A stretch of DNA of 61,865 nucleotides, filler included, from Chiloscyllium plagiosum (lineage: Eukaryota): NCBI RefSeq assembly GCF_004010195.1. It is 4 parts of one record of this genome, joined end to end, with 100 filler letters (N's around TTAATTAATTAA, not from the genome) between each part and the next. Parts side by side here need not be neighbours in the genome. Positions count along the whole stretch, not along the records: positions 15,963 to 43,104 come from NC_057717.1; 3 more parts are not named here. The stretch is one strand, 5' to 3'. Both the position numbers and the translations under genes were made by a program. Each line of letters begins with the position of its first letter. The stretch's first letter is position 1. This document shows, piece by piece, positions 23,542 through 36,724 of the stretch. Below the pieces are notes generated by a model, which worked only from the letters and a program-made list of their open reading frames with translations, did not search any database and was not told where the DNA came from.

Positions 23542-24944
23542 ACTTCACATTTATCCCAATTTTACTGCAATTGCCAACTATTTGCCCAATCAGCCAGCCT
23601 GTCCAAGTTACTCTCAGCATCCTTCACATAGCACAGACTGCCACCCAACAAAGTGTCATCTGAACATTTCGAGACATTGCATTCAGTTCTTTTGTCAATA
23701 ATGTATAATGTGAACAGTTAGGTCGATTGTTAGTAATTCCAGACTCTACAGAATGCTGCAAAATGATCACCAATGCATCCACATTTTAGGGCCAACTCAT
23801 TAAGTACACTGGAATGCAGAGGATCAGACACTAGAGACATATGGGTAGTTAATCTCATCAATTTCTCCAAGTCAATTTTCCTGTCGAGTAAGGATACCCT
23901 TCAGTTCTTCCATTATGCTTTAACCTTTGTCCACAAGCATTTCTGGAAGGTATTTGTGGCCTCCTTAGTGAAGACAGACCCAAAGTATTTCTTCCACTGT
24001 TCTGAACTCTCTTTGTTGTCAATTATGAATTCACTTGATTCCAAATATAAGGGACCTGCATTGGTCTTCAGCTATCTTTTTCTCTTCACTTATCCAGAGA
24101 ATGTTTTGCAGGCAGCTTTGTGTGTTTGCTGTGAGCTTACTCCATATTCTATTTTATCTATTCAAATTAAATGCTTTGTCCTCCTCAGCATTAGTTTAAT
24201 TTCTCCCAGTCCAGAGATTTGCTTCTTTTTCTGACCAATTTGTATGCCTCCTCTTTGGCTTTATAAGTTTCCCTGATTTTCCTTGTTGTCCGTGGATGAC
24301 ACGCCTTCCCTCTTTTACCCTTACATAGGACAACGATGTACAAATGGTGAAGTTCAATTTAACGTCTGCCACTGCTTATCCGTTGTCAACTCCAAAAGTG
24401 TCCTTGGTCAGCTTATTCTACCCAATGTATGCCTCACACTAACACAGTTAGCTTTCATTAAATTCAGAATCCTAGTCTCCAACTTAAGGGTGTCTCTTTC
24501 CAACATAAATAAAACTTGTGCCATATCATGTTCATTCATTCAAAAAGGATCTTGCATTACAAAGTTTTTTAATTAATTTCTGTTGTTACACAATCCCTCG
24601 TCTCGATTGCTTGGTCTCTAGTTGCCTCCTTGATATATTGATGGCGGTAATCATAACTTCAGCGTTTCCGAACATCCTCATCTATCATATTGCTCACAGT
24701 TTGATTAGTCAAATCAAGACTGAAATCATTCATAATAAATTGTGTACTATTACGGCATGCATCCCTAATTTCCCCTTTGCTGCTATCTCCAAACTCACAA
24801 CTGCTGTTTATTGATCTGTACAAAACTCCAGTAATGTCTTTGTCCCTGTTGTGTTCCGCAACTTTACCTATACAGATTCCACTTTGACCTTTCCTTACTA
24901 TTTGGTTGATTCTCCTACTTAACCAGCAAGGTGCCCAGCTTGCT

Positions 24945-25204
24945 GTATTATGGACGAGGCCGCACCCCTCAAAACATTTTTATGTATGTAGGCTAGACCT
25001 TAACCTTGCTGTTTGTTTCAGGAAATGATATGATGGATATTTTTAGACTGAATTAGTTGGTCAGATGGCCGAAATAAAACAAACAGATTTTTTTATTTTA
25101 CAAAATTATGGAATGAAACACAACGAACCAAAAATACAATGCCCATATACGTTATCCTATCCGAACCCAACCGGCTATCACGACTTATTATTGCTATTCC
25201 AAAT
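24945..25204 (-). mobile_element. Partial Gypsy LTR
   Basis: Similar to 51045-51290 (AGGC..CCCCTCAAAACATTTTTA..AATGAAACACAA..ACTTA.TTATTGCTATTCCAAAT). Confidence 0.55.
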
Positions 25205-25205
25205 T

Positions 25206-27450
25206 AAGAGTAAATCATTAAGCATTCTCCAGTTGATCGGGACCTCACTCGTGATCAAGAATGCTGCAAAGGTACCTGTTATGGCCCCAGCTATTTCCAC
25301 TCTCGCTTACCTCACTAACAGTGGATAGATCCCATTCAGACCTGGGGACTTGTGCACATTCATGTCATTAAGTATAACCAAAATTACCTTCTTCCTTTTG
25401 CTGACTTGACTTGGAGGAGGCAAACATGTATCCCTAACCTCAATAGGCAACCACCACCTGCTGCGTGAAGAACTTTCCACGTATATCTCTCTTAAACTTT
25501 TCCACTCACGCTTTGAACTCGTTACCCTGAATAATTGAGTTCCACACTCTCGGCAATTAACTTCTTGCTATCCAAACTGTGTCCACATCTCATAATTTTG
25601 GAGAACTCAATCAGGTCCCGTCTCAACTACTTCTTTCCAGTGAAAATAATCATAATCTCCTCCATCTCTCTTCATAGATAGCCCCCTTCAGACCAGACAA
25701 CATCCTGGTGAACATCCTATGCACCCGCTCCAAAGCATCTACATTATTTTGGTAATGTGTCGACCAGAACTATATGCAGTATTCCAAATTTGTCCAAACC
25801 AAAGACAACTGCAGCATGACCGAGCAACTCAGTACACCGTCCAATGAAGGAAAGCATGCCGTATACCTTGTTTAACACTCTAATGACCCGGGCTGCAATC
25901 TTCAAGGAATAATGGACCTGAACACCCTAATCTCGCTGTATGTCAATTTTCCCCATGACATTTCCATTTCCTGTACATTTAGCAATTGAATTGGATTTTT
26001 CAAAATCCAAAACCTAGCATTTGTCGGGATTCAACTCAATCTGCTCTTTCCCTGCCCACCTCTGCAATCTATCTATATACTGCCGTATTCTCTAACAGAC
26101 CCCCTTTACTGTCTGCTCCTCTGCTAACTTTAAAGGCATCTGCAAACTTGTTTATCGGACAATCAAGACCGTCGTCCAAGTCATTGATATATATCAAAGA
26201 CAACAGTGCTCCCAGTATGTTGAACATCACTGATCAAATTTCTCTATTTTGAGAAATTCCCTTTTACTGCTACTCTCTGTCTCCTGTTGCCCAGAAAGTT
26301 TTCTATCCATCTAGCTAGTACCCTGGAGACCAAATGTTTCACCTTCTCCGTCAGCCTGCCATAATGAACCTTATCAAACGCCTTTCTGGTGTTAATGTAT
26401 GTGACGTATACAGCAATCAACTTTGTCACTCACTGAAATAATCTTTGAAGTTGTAAGACATGACCTTCCGTGCACAAATCCATGCTGCCTGTCACTGTCT
26501 AGCCCGTTTTCCTCCAAATCGAAATAGATCTCACTCCTCAGTATCTTGTCCAACAGTTTCCCGACCATTAACATCAGGTTCACCAGTCTTTCATTTACGG
26601 GTTTATCACTGTTCGCTTTCATAATCAAGAGTAAATCATTAAGCATTCTCCAGTTGATCCGGACCTCACTCGTGTTCAAGAATGCTGCAAAGGTACCTGT
26701 TATGGCCCCAGCTATTTCCACTCTCGCTTACCTCACTAACAGTGGATAGATCCCATTCAGACCTGGGGATGCAAAATGATGCAATATTTCAGTCAACTCG
26801 AGAGAATCTCTCGTTCAACGCCATCTAGTTTGGAGAAGAGGCATCTGTGAAAAAGCCAAACATTTTGTGCATGTCACACAATTCCAAATTAAACTTAATT
26901 ATTTTGATGGGTAGGAACATATGAAAGCCTAAGCGTCCCGCCACTGGCCCTCCACACTTGCCCAACAATGTTAGAGATTGTGGATCCAAAGTTGAGCTAT
27001 TTTGCCACTTCGGGGCCCAGACGACGTAAATCATCATCAATCCTCAGATATCCTTCAAGAAAAGGATAAGGGTTCACAAATGGCATCATTGTAAGTATAT
27101 GATAGATATTCAGAACACAGTCTTATGAATGCTGAGCATATCCCTAAACGTGGACTTCGCCATCTTCTGATGCTACATCCGTTTTTTCCAGCCTCTTGCG
27201 TGTCGACAGTGAATATATCACTCAGTCCACAAGCTATCGTATATGACCTATCATATATGAGTAACAGGCTTTCGGAATTTCCTTAATACTGTTCGCTGAA
27301 TATATCTCATGACCATCTTCAGATTTCTTAATTCCTCGTTTCAGGTTGTTGCGACCTTCCAGATGTTCTTCCAAAGCTTTGTCGGCCTTCAGACGCCTCC
27401 ACCTTAAGTACACTTTCTTTTACCTCTTAGCACGACTCACAATTTCACCT
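25206..27450 (-). mobile_element. Rearranged decayed CR1 ORF2 fragments
   Basis: RQHGFVHGRSCLT, KAFDKVHYGRL..ARWIENFLGNRRQRV; contains a 143-bp duplicate and a 460-bp non-CR1 insert. Confidence 0.8.
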
Positions 27451-27998
27451 GACCCATTTGATTCTGAGTCTGTGGTGCTATGATGCAGCAATGTTAACCA
27501 CTGAGCCATCTTGCCAAAATCTTCAATTTTTTTTCTGAAAAATGATGCAATATTTCAGTCAACTCGAGAGAATCTCTCGTTCAACACCATCTAGTTTGGA
27601 GAAGAGGCATCTGTGAAAAAGCCAAACATTTTGTGCATGTCACACAATTCCAAATTAAATTTAATTATTTTGATGGGTAGGAACATGTGAAAGCCTAAGC
27701 GTCCCGCCACTGGCCCTCCACACTTGCCCAACAATGTTAGAGATTGTGGATCCAAAGTTGAGCTATTTTGCCACTTCGGGGCCCAGACGACGTAAATCAT
27801 CATCAATCCTCAGATATCCTTCAAGAAAAGGATAAGGGTTCACAAATGGCATCATTGTAAGTATATGATAGATATTCAGAACACAGTCTTATGAATGCTG
27901 AGCATATCCCTAAACGTGGACTTCGCCATCTTCTGATGCTACATCCGTTTTTTCCAGCCTCTTGCGTGTCGATAGTGAATATATCACTCAGTCCACAA
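26773..27998. repeat. 460-bp near-identical direct duplication (26773-27232 / 27539-27998)
   Basis: Four substitutions seen over 460 nt; identical 71-aa ORFs called in both copies. Confidence 0.95.
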
Positions 27999-28169
27999 AT
28001 ATAAATACCACATATATCATCCTTATTCAGCTTTGGAATGCTCATGTATTTGACTATTTTACGGTATTTCCCCCAAAATCTACTTCACTGATATAAGAAT
28101 ATTTTCAGGTTCAGTTTGACAAATACATAACATGAGAATATAGAACTGAGAGCAGAAGACACATAAACA

Positions 28170-28445
28170 GTGTCTCTCACACTTTCGCACTGACACACAC
28201 ACACAAGCACAGTGTCTCACTTCCTCTCTCACACACGTACACTCACAGTGTCTCTCTCGCTCACACGCACGCACAAGCACAGAATCTCTCTCTCTCTCAC
28301 ACACACACATTCATGTACAGTGTTTTTCTCATACACACACACACATACATATACGAACACACACGTACAAGGGTCTCTCAATACCTCAGTCACACGAATA
28401 CACTCGCACAGTACCTCTCTCTCTCTCACACACACCCAAACACAA
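28170..28445. repeat. Compound (CA)n/(CT)n microsatellite
   Basis: Alternating CACACA and CTCTCT tracts. Confidence 0.9.
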
Positions 28446-28449
28446 AGAC

Positions 28450-29768
28450 ACAACACCAAAAGAAAGAAGGCAGCTTACATAAGGTGGAGGAGACAAGGGT
28501 CTTGCTCAGCTCTCGAGGATTACAGGCAGGCGAGGAAGGAGCTCAAAATTAGTCTGAGGAGAGCCAGGACGGGTCACGATAAAGATTTGGTAGGAAGGAT
28601 TAGGGAGAATCCAAAGGCATTTTACTAGTATATGAGGATAAGAGAATGATCAAAGAAAGAGTAGGGCCGAGCAGTGATAGCACAGGGAACTTGTGTTTAG
28701 AGACTGAGGAGGTAGGGAAAACCATAAATGAGTTTTTTTGCTTCGGACTTTACAAAAGAAAAGGACCTTGTAGTGAATGTAACAATTGAGGAGCAGCTAA
28801 GAATGCTGGAATGGATAGAGATTGAGGAAGCCGATGTGCTGAAAATTTTGACAAACATTAAGATTGACAAGTCGCCAGGGCGAGACCAGATTTTTCGTCG
28901 GCTGCTTTGGGAAGCGAGAAACCTGATTGCTTCGCCGCTTGCGAAGATCTTTGCATACTCGCTCTCCAGCGGAGCCGTACCTGAGGACTGGAGGGTGGCA
29001 AATGTAATTCCTCTCTTCTAAAAAGCAAATTGGGAAATCCCCGTCAATTGCAGACCAGTAAGTCTCACGTCTGTCATCCGCAAGGTGTTCGAAAGGATTC
29101 TGAGGGATAGGATTTATGACCATCTGGAAGAGGATGGCTTGATTAAATGCAGTCAGCATGGCTTTGTGAGGGGCAGGTCATGCCTCACAAATCTTATTGA
29201 GTTCTTTGAGGATATTACTAGACAAATTAATGAGGGTCGAGTGGTGGATGTGGTGTATATGGACTTCAGCAAGGCATTTGATAAGGTTCCCCATGATTGG
29301 CACATTCAGAAGGTCAGGAGAAATGGGATACAGGGGAATGTAGCTGTCTGGATACAGAACCGGCTGGTCGACAGAAGAAAGCGAGTGGTCGTGGAAGGAA
29401 AGTATTCTAACCTGGAGGTCAGTGATGAGTGGTGTCCCACAGGGCTCTGTTGTTGGGACTCTACACTTTGTAATTTTTATTAATGACTTGGATGAGGAGA
29501 TTGAAGGATGGGTTAGCAAGTTTGCAGACGACACAAATATTGGAGGTGTCGTTGACAGGATAGAGGACTCTTGTAGGCTGCAGAGTGACATTGACAGGAT
29601 GCAGAGATGGGCTGAGAGGTGGCAGATGGAGTTCAACCTAGATAAATGTTAAGTGATGCATTTTGGAAGGTCGAACTTGAAAGTTGAATACAGGATTAAA
29701 GACAAGATGTTTGGCAGTGTATAGGAACAGCGGGATGTTGGTGAGCAGGAACATAGATCCCTTAAAAT
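28450..29768 (+). mobile_element. CR1 LINE ORF2 RT fragment
   Basis: IRENPKAFY, KSPGRDQI, PEDWRVANVIPLF, QHGFVRGRSCLTNLIEFF, YMDFSKAFDKVPH, SGVPQGSVVG, KFADDT. Confidence 0.95.
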
Positions 29769-30269
29769 NNNNNNNNNNNNNNNNNNNNNNNNNNNNNNNN
29801 NNNNNNNNNNNNNNNNNNNNNNNNNNNNNNNNNNNNNNNNNNNNNNNNNNNNNNNNNNNNNNNNNNNNNNNNNNNNNNNNNNNNNNNNNNNNNNNNNNNN
29901 NNNNNNNNNNNNNNNNNNNNNNNNNNNNNNNNNNNNNNNNNNNNNNNNNNNNNNNNNNNNNNNNNNNNNNNNNNNNNNNNNNNNNNNNNNNNNNNNNNNN
30001 NNNNNNNNNNNNNNNNNNNNNNNNNNNNNNNNNNNNNNNNNNNNNNNNNNNNNNNNNNNNNNNNNNNNNNNNNNNNNNNNNNNNNNNNNNNNNNNNNNNN
30101 NNNNNNNNNNNNNNNNNNNNNNNNNNNNNNNNNNNNNNNNNNNNNNNNNNNNNNNNNNNNNNNNNNNNNNNNNNNNNNNNNNNNNNNNNNNNNNNNNNNN
30201 NNNNNNNNNNNNNNNNNNNNNNNNNNNNNNNNNNNNNNNNNNNNNNNNNNNNNNNNNNNNNNNNNNNNT

Positions 30270-33140
30270 AAACCCACTCGCTAATCATGAAACATTCGTC
30301 TGGACCTACACACCTCCCTATTCGTTTAACATTTCCCAGCATCTGCAGACCTCCATACCGCTTTACCATTCCCTGGAAACTGTACCTCTGCTTATCCCTG
30401 TAACATTCTCTACTACGTATACTAACTCCCTAAACCATTTTCCAGCAACTGCAATCCTCCGTATCCCTGTAGTTTTCTCCAACACATACACCCACTGCCT
30501 ATCCCGGTATTTGCTCCAGGACATACACACGCTCCCTATCGCTTTGACTTTCTCCAGCATCTACACCGCTCCCTATCCCTGTAACATTCTCCAGTCCCTG
30601 CACCTACTCCCTATACCATGACATTCTAAAGCGGCTACACCCCTCTCCATACCTGTAAAGTTCTCCAGCGCACAATTCCCCTCCCTGCACCTGTAACACT
30701 CTCTAACACCCTCACGCTCAATATCCCTACAACTTCCACGAGCACCTGCTTACCTCTTTACCTCTGCTACATTCCCCAGCACTTGCACCCATTTCCGATT
30801 CCTGTAACATTCGCCAGACCCTCCACACACGCTATCCAAGTAATGATTTGGAGATGCCGGTGTTGGACTGGGGTGTACAAAGTGAAAAATCACACGACAC
30901 CAGGTTATAGTCCAACATGTTTAATTGGAAGCACACTAGCTTCCAGAGCGACGCTCCTTCATCACATGATGAAGGAGCGTCGATCCGAAAGCTCGTGTGC
31001 TTCCAATTAAACCTGTTGGAGTATAACCTGGTGTTGTTTGATTTTTAACGCTTTCCAAGTAACATTCTGTTGCGCCTATGCAAACTGCCTATCTGAGTAA
31101 CAGCACTAACAGAATTCCCCATGCCTGCACCCATCTGTACCATCGGCTCTACTCTCTATGTCAGTATCGTTCTCCCTCGCCTTGTCACATTTTCCAACAC
31201 CTACACTTACTCTATGTCCCTGTCACATTCTCCATCCCCCACACACACACTCCCTTTCCCTGTTACATTCTCCACCACCTACCCTGCTAATGATCCCTGT
31301 GATATTTGGCAGCATCTTTACCCTTCCGTCCACCTGTAATATTCTCCAGCCTCTGTACGCTTCCCTACACCTGTAACCTACAATAACACCTGAACAACTC
31401 TCTATTCTGGAACATTCTCCAGTTTCTACATACCTACCTTTCCTTAAACATTTCTGCAACACTTACGCCCTACCTGCCCCTGTAACATTTTCCAGCATTT
31501 ACACCCACTGTATCATACCCCAAAACCTACACTCATCATTTTCTCTGTGACATTCTCCCGAAGCTCCAAATCTCACTATCCCTGTAACATTCCCCAGCAC
31601 CTGAAGCCCTCTGGATCACTGTAGTGTTCTCCAGCCCTGGCACCCACTCCCTATCCCGGCAAGATTCGCTAGCAGCGACATTCACACCCTATCCCAGCAA
31701 CATTCTCCAGCACTGACACCCACTTCCCATCCCTGTCGTTATTCCCTCGCACCTATACGCCTTCCTATCCCTGTAACATTCTCCAGCACCTACGCACACT
31801 CTCTATCCCTAAAACATTCTTCAGCATCGACATACACGTTCTATCCCTGTACCTGTCTGCAGCACCGACACCCTCTTATTCCTGTAACATTTCCCGGCAT
31901 TTACACCTACCCCCTCTTCCCATATATTTCCTAAAACCTACCAGACTCACTTTCCCTGTGATATTCTCCAGGATCTTCAACCCTCCCCATCCCTGTAACG
32001 TTCTCCAGCACCTACAACCCTCTGCATTCGTATAGTATTCTCCAGCAACTGCACCCATTCCTTGACCTTGCATCATTCTCCAGCAATGATACTCACACGC
32101 TATCCTTGCAACAATCTCCAACACTGACAACCACTCCTCATCCCTTTGTTATTCTCCAGAAACTACACCCCATCATATCGCTGCAACATTCTCCAGCACT
32201 GACTCCCAATCCCTGTCGGTATTCCCCAGCCTCTATACCCATTCATATCCTTTCAACATTCGACAGCACCTACACACATTCCCTGTCGCTGTAACATTCT
32301 CGAGTACCTACACAGACTCTATATCCTTGAAATATTCTCCAGCAGCTTAACTCCTCTTTCTCTGAAACAATTTCCCGCACCAAAACCCAATCGTGATACG
32401 CGTAACATTCTCCAGCAACTACTGTACTCCCTATTCCTGAGTCTTCCTCCAGATCCTTTACCCTTCGTGATCTCTGTAACTTTCTCCAGAACCTACAACC
32501 TTTCCTACCCCTGATACGTCCACCAACTCCTACACTCATCCCTATTCCTTAACATTCTAAAGCATCATCTCCACTCTCTATCAGTTTAAATCGTCCTTAT
32601 TAAACTTGCCCACCCCTTTTTGCTGTAACACTGCCCAGCCTAAAAACCATCGCTATCTGGGAAAGATTCTCCAGCACCTACACCTCTACGCTTTTCTGTA
32701 ACATGCTACACTACCTAAACTTATTCATATCCCTGTAAAATTGTCCAGAAACTACTCTCAAGCCCTATCCCATTAAGATCCTCCAGGACCGACGTCCTTC
32801 CCTATCCCTGATACCCCCTCCAGCTCCTTCCTATCCTTGTAACATTTTTCAGGACCAACTCCAATCTGTATTCCTTTAAACCCGTCCAGGTCCTGCCCAC
32901 TCCCTATTGCTGTAACCATGTCCAGCCTCGGCAACTCTCCATATCTGGGAAACAGACTCCTGCTTCCACCACCCTCTATATGTCTGAAACATACTACAGC
33001 ATCCACACTCTTGCTGATCACAATAACCTCCTTCAGCCCTGCACCCTTCCTTATCCTTGTCAAAATTCTCCACCAACCTAGACTGCGATCTGTTGTTGCA
33101 ACATTTGGCAGCATCCATATGCTCACTCGACCTGTAACAT
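30270..33140. repeat. C-rich 38-bp degenerate minisatellite (~70 units)
   Basis: Unit CCCTATCCCTGTAACATTCTCCAGCACCTACACCCACT; anchors at 31771 and 31809. Confidence 0.9.
30844..31047. mobile_element. Fold-back PLE-terminus mini-element, family B
   Basis: Inverted repeat 30885-31046 centred at ~30965 with hammerhead-like (C)TGATGAAGGAGCGTCG(C/A)TCCGAAAGCT in both arms; TSD ACGCTATCCAAGTAA (30829-30843) / ACGCTTTCCAAGTAA (31048-31062). Confidence 0.85.
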
Positions 33141-34839
33141 TCTCAGGTGGATGGACAACGATTAAACCACCTCCAACAATCAAATGTTTCCTTGTGAGTT
33201 AATAATGCAATACTAGATGGGAATACGGGTTCTATTTTGAGAAAGATCCAAATTCACGTCATCTGGTTTTGAATCCTCACACTGTGAGGTAGTAATCAAC
33301 ACGTGTGTCTCCAGTTCTTTCTTCTCCTGTATAGCACAGTTTCAATATGTTTACATACTATTCACGATACCTTATTGAAACCATACTAATACGTACCCAG
33401 CATAAGTACGAGATAGTTCGCCTGACTCAACTTCTTCTAAATTTGGTAGGGAACGCTCAACCTGACTTTGAAGGGGTCTCCTGTCAGTGGTTATAATACT
33501 AACACATCATCCCCTCGGGAAAACGTCGGAGTCACGGAGTTTTCATCAGCCAGCAGCAACATCCGACACTGTGATCACTTTAGGTGCTCTTTACATAAAT
33601 CACCTACTCGATTTAAGCTCTCCCTCACCTCCAATACATATCCGACTTTCGATCTGTCAATTTTTTTATCATTAATTTCAAAGAAAGTCTCACTTCATGC
33701 TCGAATATTACCTGAAATGGAATGCACTGAGTAGATTCGATTAGTGCATCTCCAACGGCAAACAATACGAATTGAATACCTTTATTCCAATCATTCAGGT
33801 AATCCTGACAGCATGCTCTCAATATGATATACATGGTCTGATATCACCTTTGTTAAGCTGCCTGGGATTCAGAATCGTATGCACTGGATTTCAAGTGCTG
33901 TATACATAAGCTATTCATAAGCCCCTTCAACATCCCCTCAGTAAAAGTTTACCCTGAGTCCGAATGATTCTCTCTCAATAGCCCATAACGTGTGAAGAAA
34001 TCTAAAATTTCTCTACAACCGCTTTTTGCCTCGATACTCAGTTATGGCTTTGCCTTTGAAAACACATCCATTGCGGTTAACAAGTATTTGTTTTACGTTT
34101 AGTTCTCAGAAGGGGACCTACAAAATTAAATATAAGCTGTGTGAAAGGTTCTCCGAATGCAGGAATTGGCCACAAAGGTGCTGGTTTTGTTACATACTGT
34201 GCCTTAATTACCGTTTGGCATGCATGACGCGTTCAGCAAAAGTTAACCACATCTTTGTGCTTTCTCGGCCAATAGAAGTGTTTTCGTACCTTAGCTTGAG
34301 TCTTTCGTACCACAATGTGACCTCCAACAGTGAGGTCCTGTGCTACCCTGAGCACTTCCTGTCTGTATTATACTGGCAACACAACCTCGTGCACTTCGGC
34401 CCATTTCTCCTCTGCGCTAGCCTGTGTTGGTCTCCATTTCCATCTTAGGTTTCAATCTTACGGACAATAACCCTCCAAAATATTCTCTGCCCTCTTTTCC
34501 GAGTATGCATCCACAGATGTATCTTTTATCGTCTTGTCTATCTGTTGCAAAACTCGTATCCTTTCAGGACTAAACACTTGTGTCTGACCCTCTGTCTGTT
34601 CAGGCACTTCTTGCATCATGACGTCGAACAGGGTATCCGCTAACTGTACCTCAACTCCGTCATCTTGTTCTTTCCTTTTGGCTCGTGCTCTGACTTATGA
34701 TATTGATCTAGTCACCAAATATTTCTGGTTAAACACCTCAGTTTCTTGGTATTCCTTGGGCTGATGCACAACAAAGGGTTTTAGTCCCACTTTGGATTCT
34801 ACCAAATCATTTCCATACAAACTGAATTCCTGGAATTGA

Positions 34840-35107
34840 AATATTACAGTGGCGTTGAAAAAGCAAAGCAGGTCAGGCAACTTCCAACGAGCAGGAAAAC
34901 TGACGTTTTGGGCAAAAGCCCTTTATCAGCAATAGAGGCAGGTAAATCTCTCCACTCTGCAGGCACACTTCCTTTGTTTATGATGAAGGGTTTTTGCCGA
35001 AAACATCGATTTTCCTGCTCCTGGGATGCTGCCTAACCCGCTGTGCTTTTCCAGCACCACTCTAATCTCGACGCTGGTTTGCAGCACCTGCAGACCTTGT
35101 TTTTATC
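34840..35107. mobile_element. Fold-back PLE-terminus mini-element, family A, nested in the Gypsy element
   Basis: Inverted arms ~34848-34930 and ~34980-35062; exact 12-bp TSD TCCTGGAATTGA at 34828-34839 and 35108-35119. Confidence 0.85.
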
Positions 35108-36706
35108 TCCTGGAATTGACAGCCTGTCAATCACTGCCACTGTAACTTCCCCAATCTTAACCTGGCACTGAAACATGATCTTCCATCGGAAACGATCAAC
35201 TGATGATTTTTCTATCCCACATATTACCGCAATCTCGTTTGGCACATCGTGAAGAGTGCATATTCACCCATCACTTAATAACAGCCATTGTTAGATCCTG
35301 TATCTCTCAACATTATAAATCCTCCTCCTTCTCCCCCGATTCTTGGAGCGATCAGGTACTAACTCCATTCTCGGCCCCTGCGCAGGCTGTGCACTCTTCT
35401 GCAGCCCCTCGCCTCATCTTTCGGTCTCTTTTTACTACGTTCATTAATGACACTGGCTCAGCTGATCTGACCACATCTCTTCCCACAGTGCCTTTCTTTA
35501 ACGATCAGCACTGTGATCTTATGTGACCCACTTTAACACAGGGAAACACCTGAAACCTTTTACATCTTTTCCATTCTCTTGGCCTTATTTCTTCTCAGTG
35601 GTAAAAAAATCTGGAACTGGGATTTTATATTCGACCCGAAGAATGATCTCTGGTCAATCCTCAAAGGTCTTTTCTGGTTTCAAAGCACGATACATCTATC
35701 AAAATGATTATATTTATTTTTTTCGAACTCAACATAAGTCTGACCTGGTTCCTTCTTAATGTTTCTGAATTGCTGTATATATGCTTCTGCGATTACTTCA
35801 CAAGCACTTAAAATAACCTGTTTACCCTCTCCATAATGCCGTGACCCCTTGTCTGACAGCGTGACAAATAACTCACTTGTCCTGCTTCCCAGTTCAGTTT
35901 GACATGGCATTACCCATAATTCCTCGGACCACGCCATCTGCTGAGCCACTTTTTGAAGGGAAATAATAAGGCTTCAACATAGGATGTGGCAGAGTTTTAA
36001 CATATCTGTGTATATTACTACCTTCTTTGAATCGAAATCGTATTAAATTAACTTAGCTGACTAAGTCGAAATTTCTCAAGACAAATTCTCCCTCTTGCTG
36101 CTCAGCTTACGACATTTTCTTTCCTTTTTTCTTCCTTTCATCTGCCCCTCTTTGTTCAGGTAAGAACGTTTTCTCTCCCTTTTTCTCGCTCTGTTTTTCT
36201 GTCTTTCAGTTTCTCTCTCTCTCTTTCTCTTTCCTCTCTCTTTCTCTTTCGACTCTCTCGTTTCTTTATTTTCTAACTACATTTTTCCTCAATCTTAATT
36301 TACGGTTTTCTACCCAACTGCGTTATTCAGTTTCTCTGACACGCGTCAAAGTTTGAGTAACGCCCTTACGATTACAGCTTTCTCTTTGCCCTTCGTTAAA
36401 CTCAAACCTAACCTTGTTGCTCATTCCAAAAGTATGGCTTTTTCTTTCCTTCTAAACTTTCTTGGCAAATGTGAGAATCATCTTCAAATCCCAGATTCTT
36501 TTTCGCATTTTAATTGCCATTTCTCTCAGTTTTAATTTAATTAACCAAAATTCAACAAAATTAATCCAATTGTCTCACCTACATTGTATTTAAAGATCTA
36601 GGGCACAAACCTGTAAGTGTTAAAATCTCCTAGGATTCTTTTTAACCTCCAGATCCAAATCTGTCTAACAAGTTCAAATAACAAATCCAACACTCAAACC
36701 TTTAAA

Positions 36707-36724
36707 GTCTCGGACGAGCCCCCA
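36707..36724 (-). promoter_or_regulatory. tRNA-Pro primer-binding site
   Basis: Minus strand TGGGGGCTCGTCCGAGAC, 16/18 match to TGGGGGCTCGTCCGGGAT. Confidence 0.85.

Larger units (their letters stand above)
21940..24940 (-). mobile_element. Old, internally deleted CR1 LINE carrying nested PLE and SINE insertions
   Basis: CR1-like segments GACACCAAAACTGCCCAGAATACTCAAG, CCAAAGTGGATAA|ACTTCACATT, AGTGAAGACAGACCCAAAGTATT. Confidence 0.6.

Noticed and set aside
26825..27806. Two identical 71-aa ORFs suggesting a conserved small protein
   Set aside because: Identity is explained by the recent 460-bp duplication; non-ATG start call and no recognisable domain
30363..33183. Numerous short ORFs in the C-rich region
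   Set aside because: By-products of the 38-bp minisatellite; the period is not a multiple of 3
36120..36280. Independent CT microsatellite
   Set aside because: Most likely the antisense of the E/R/K-rich coiled-coil part of the Gypsy gag
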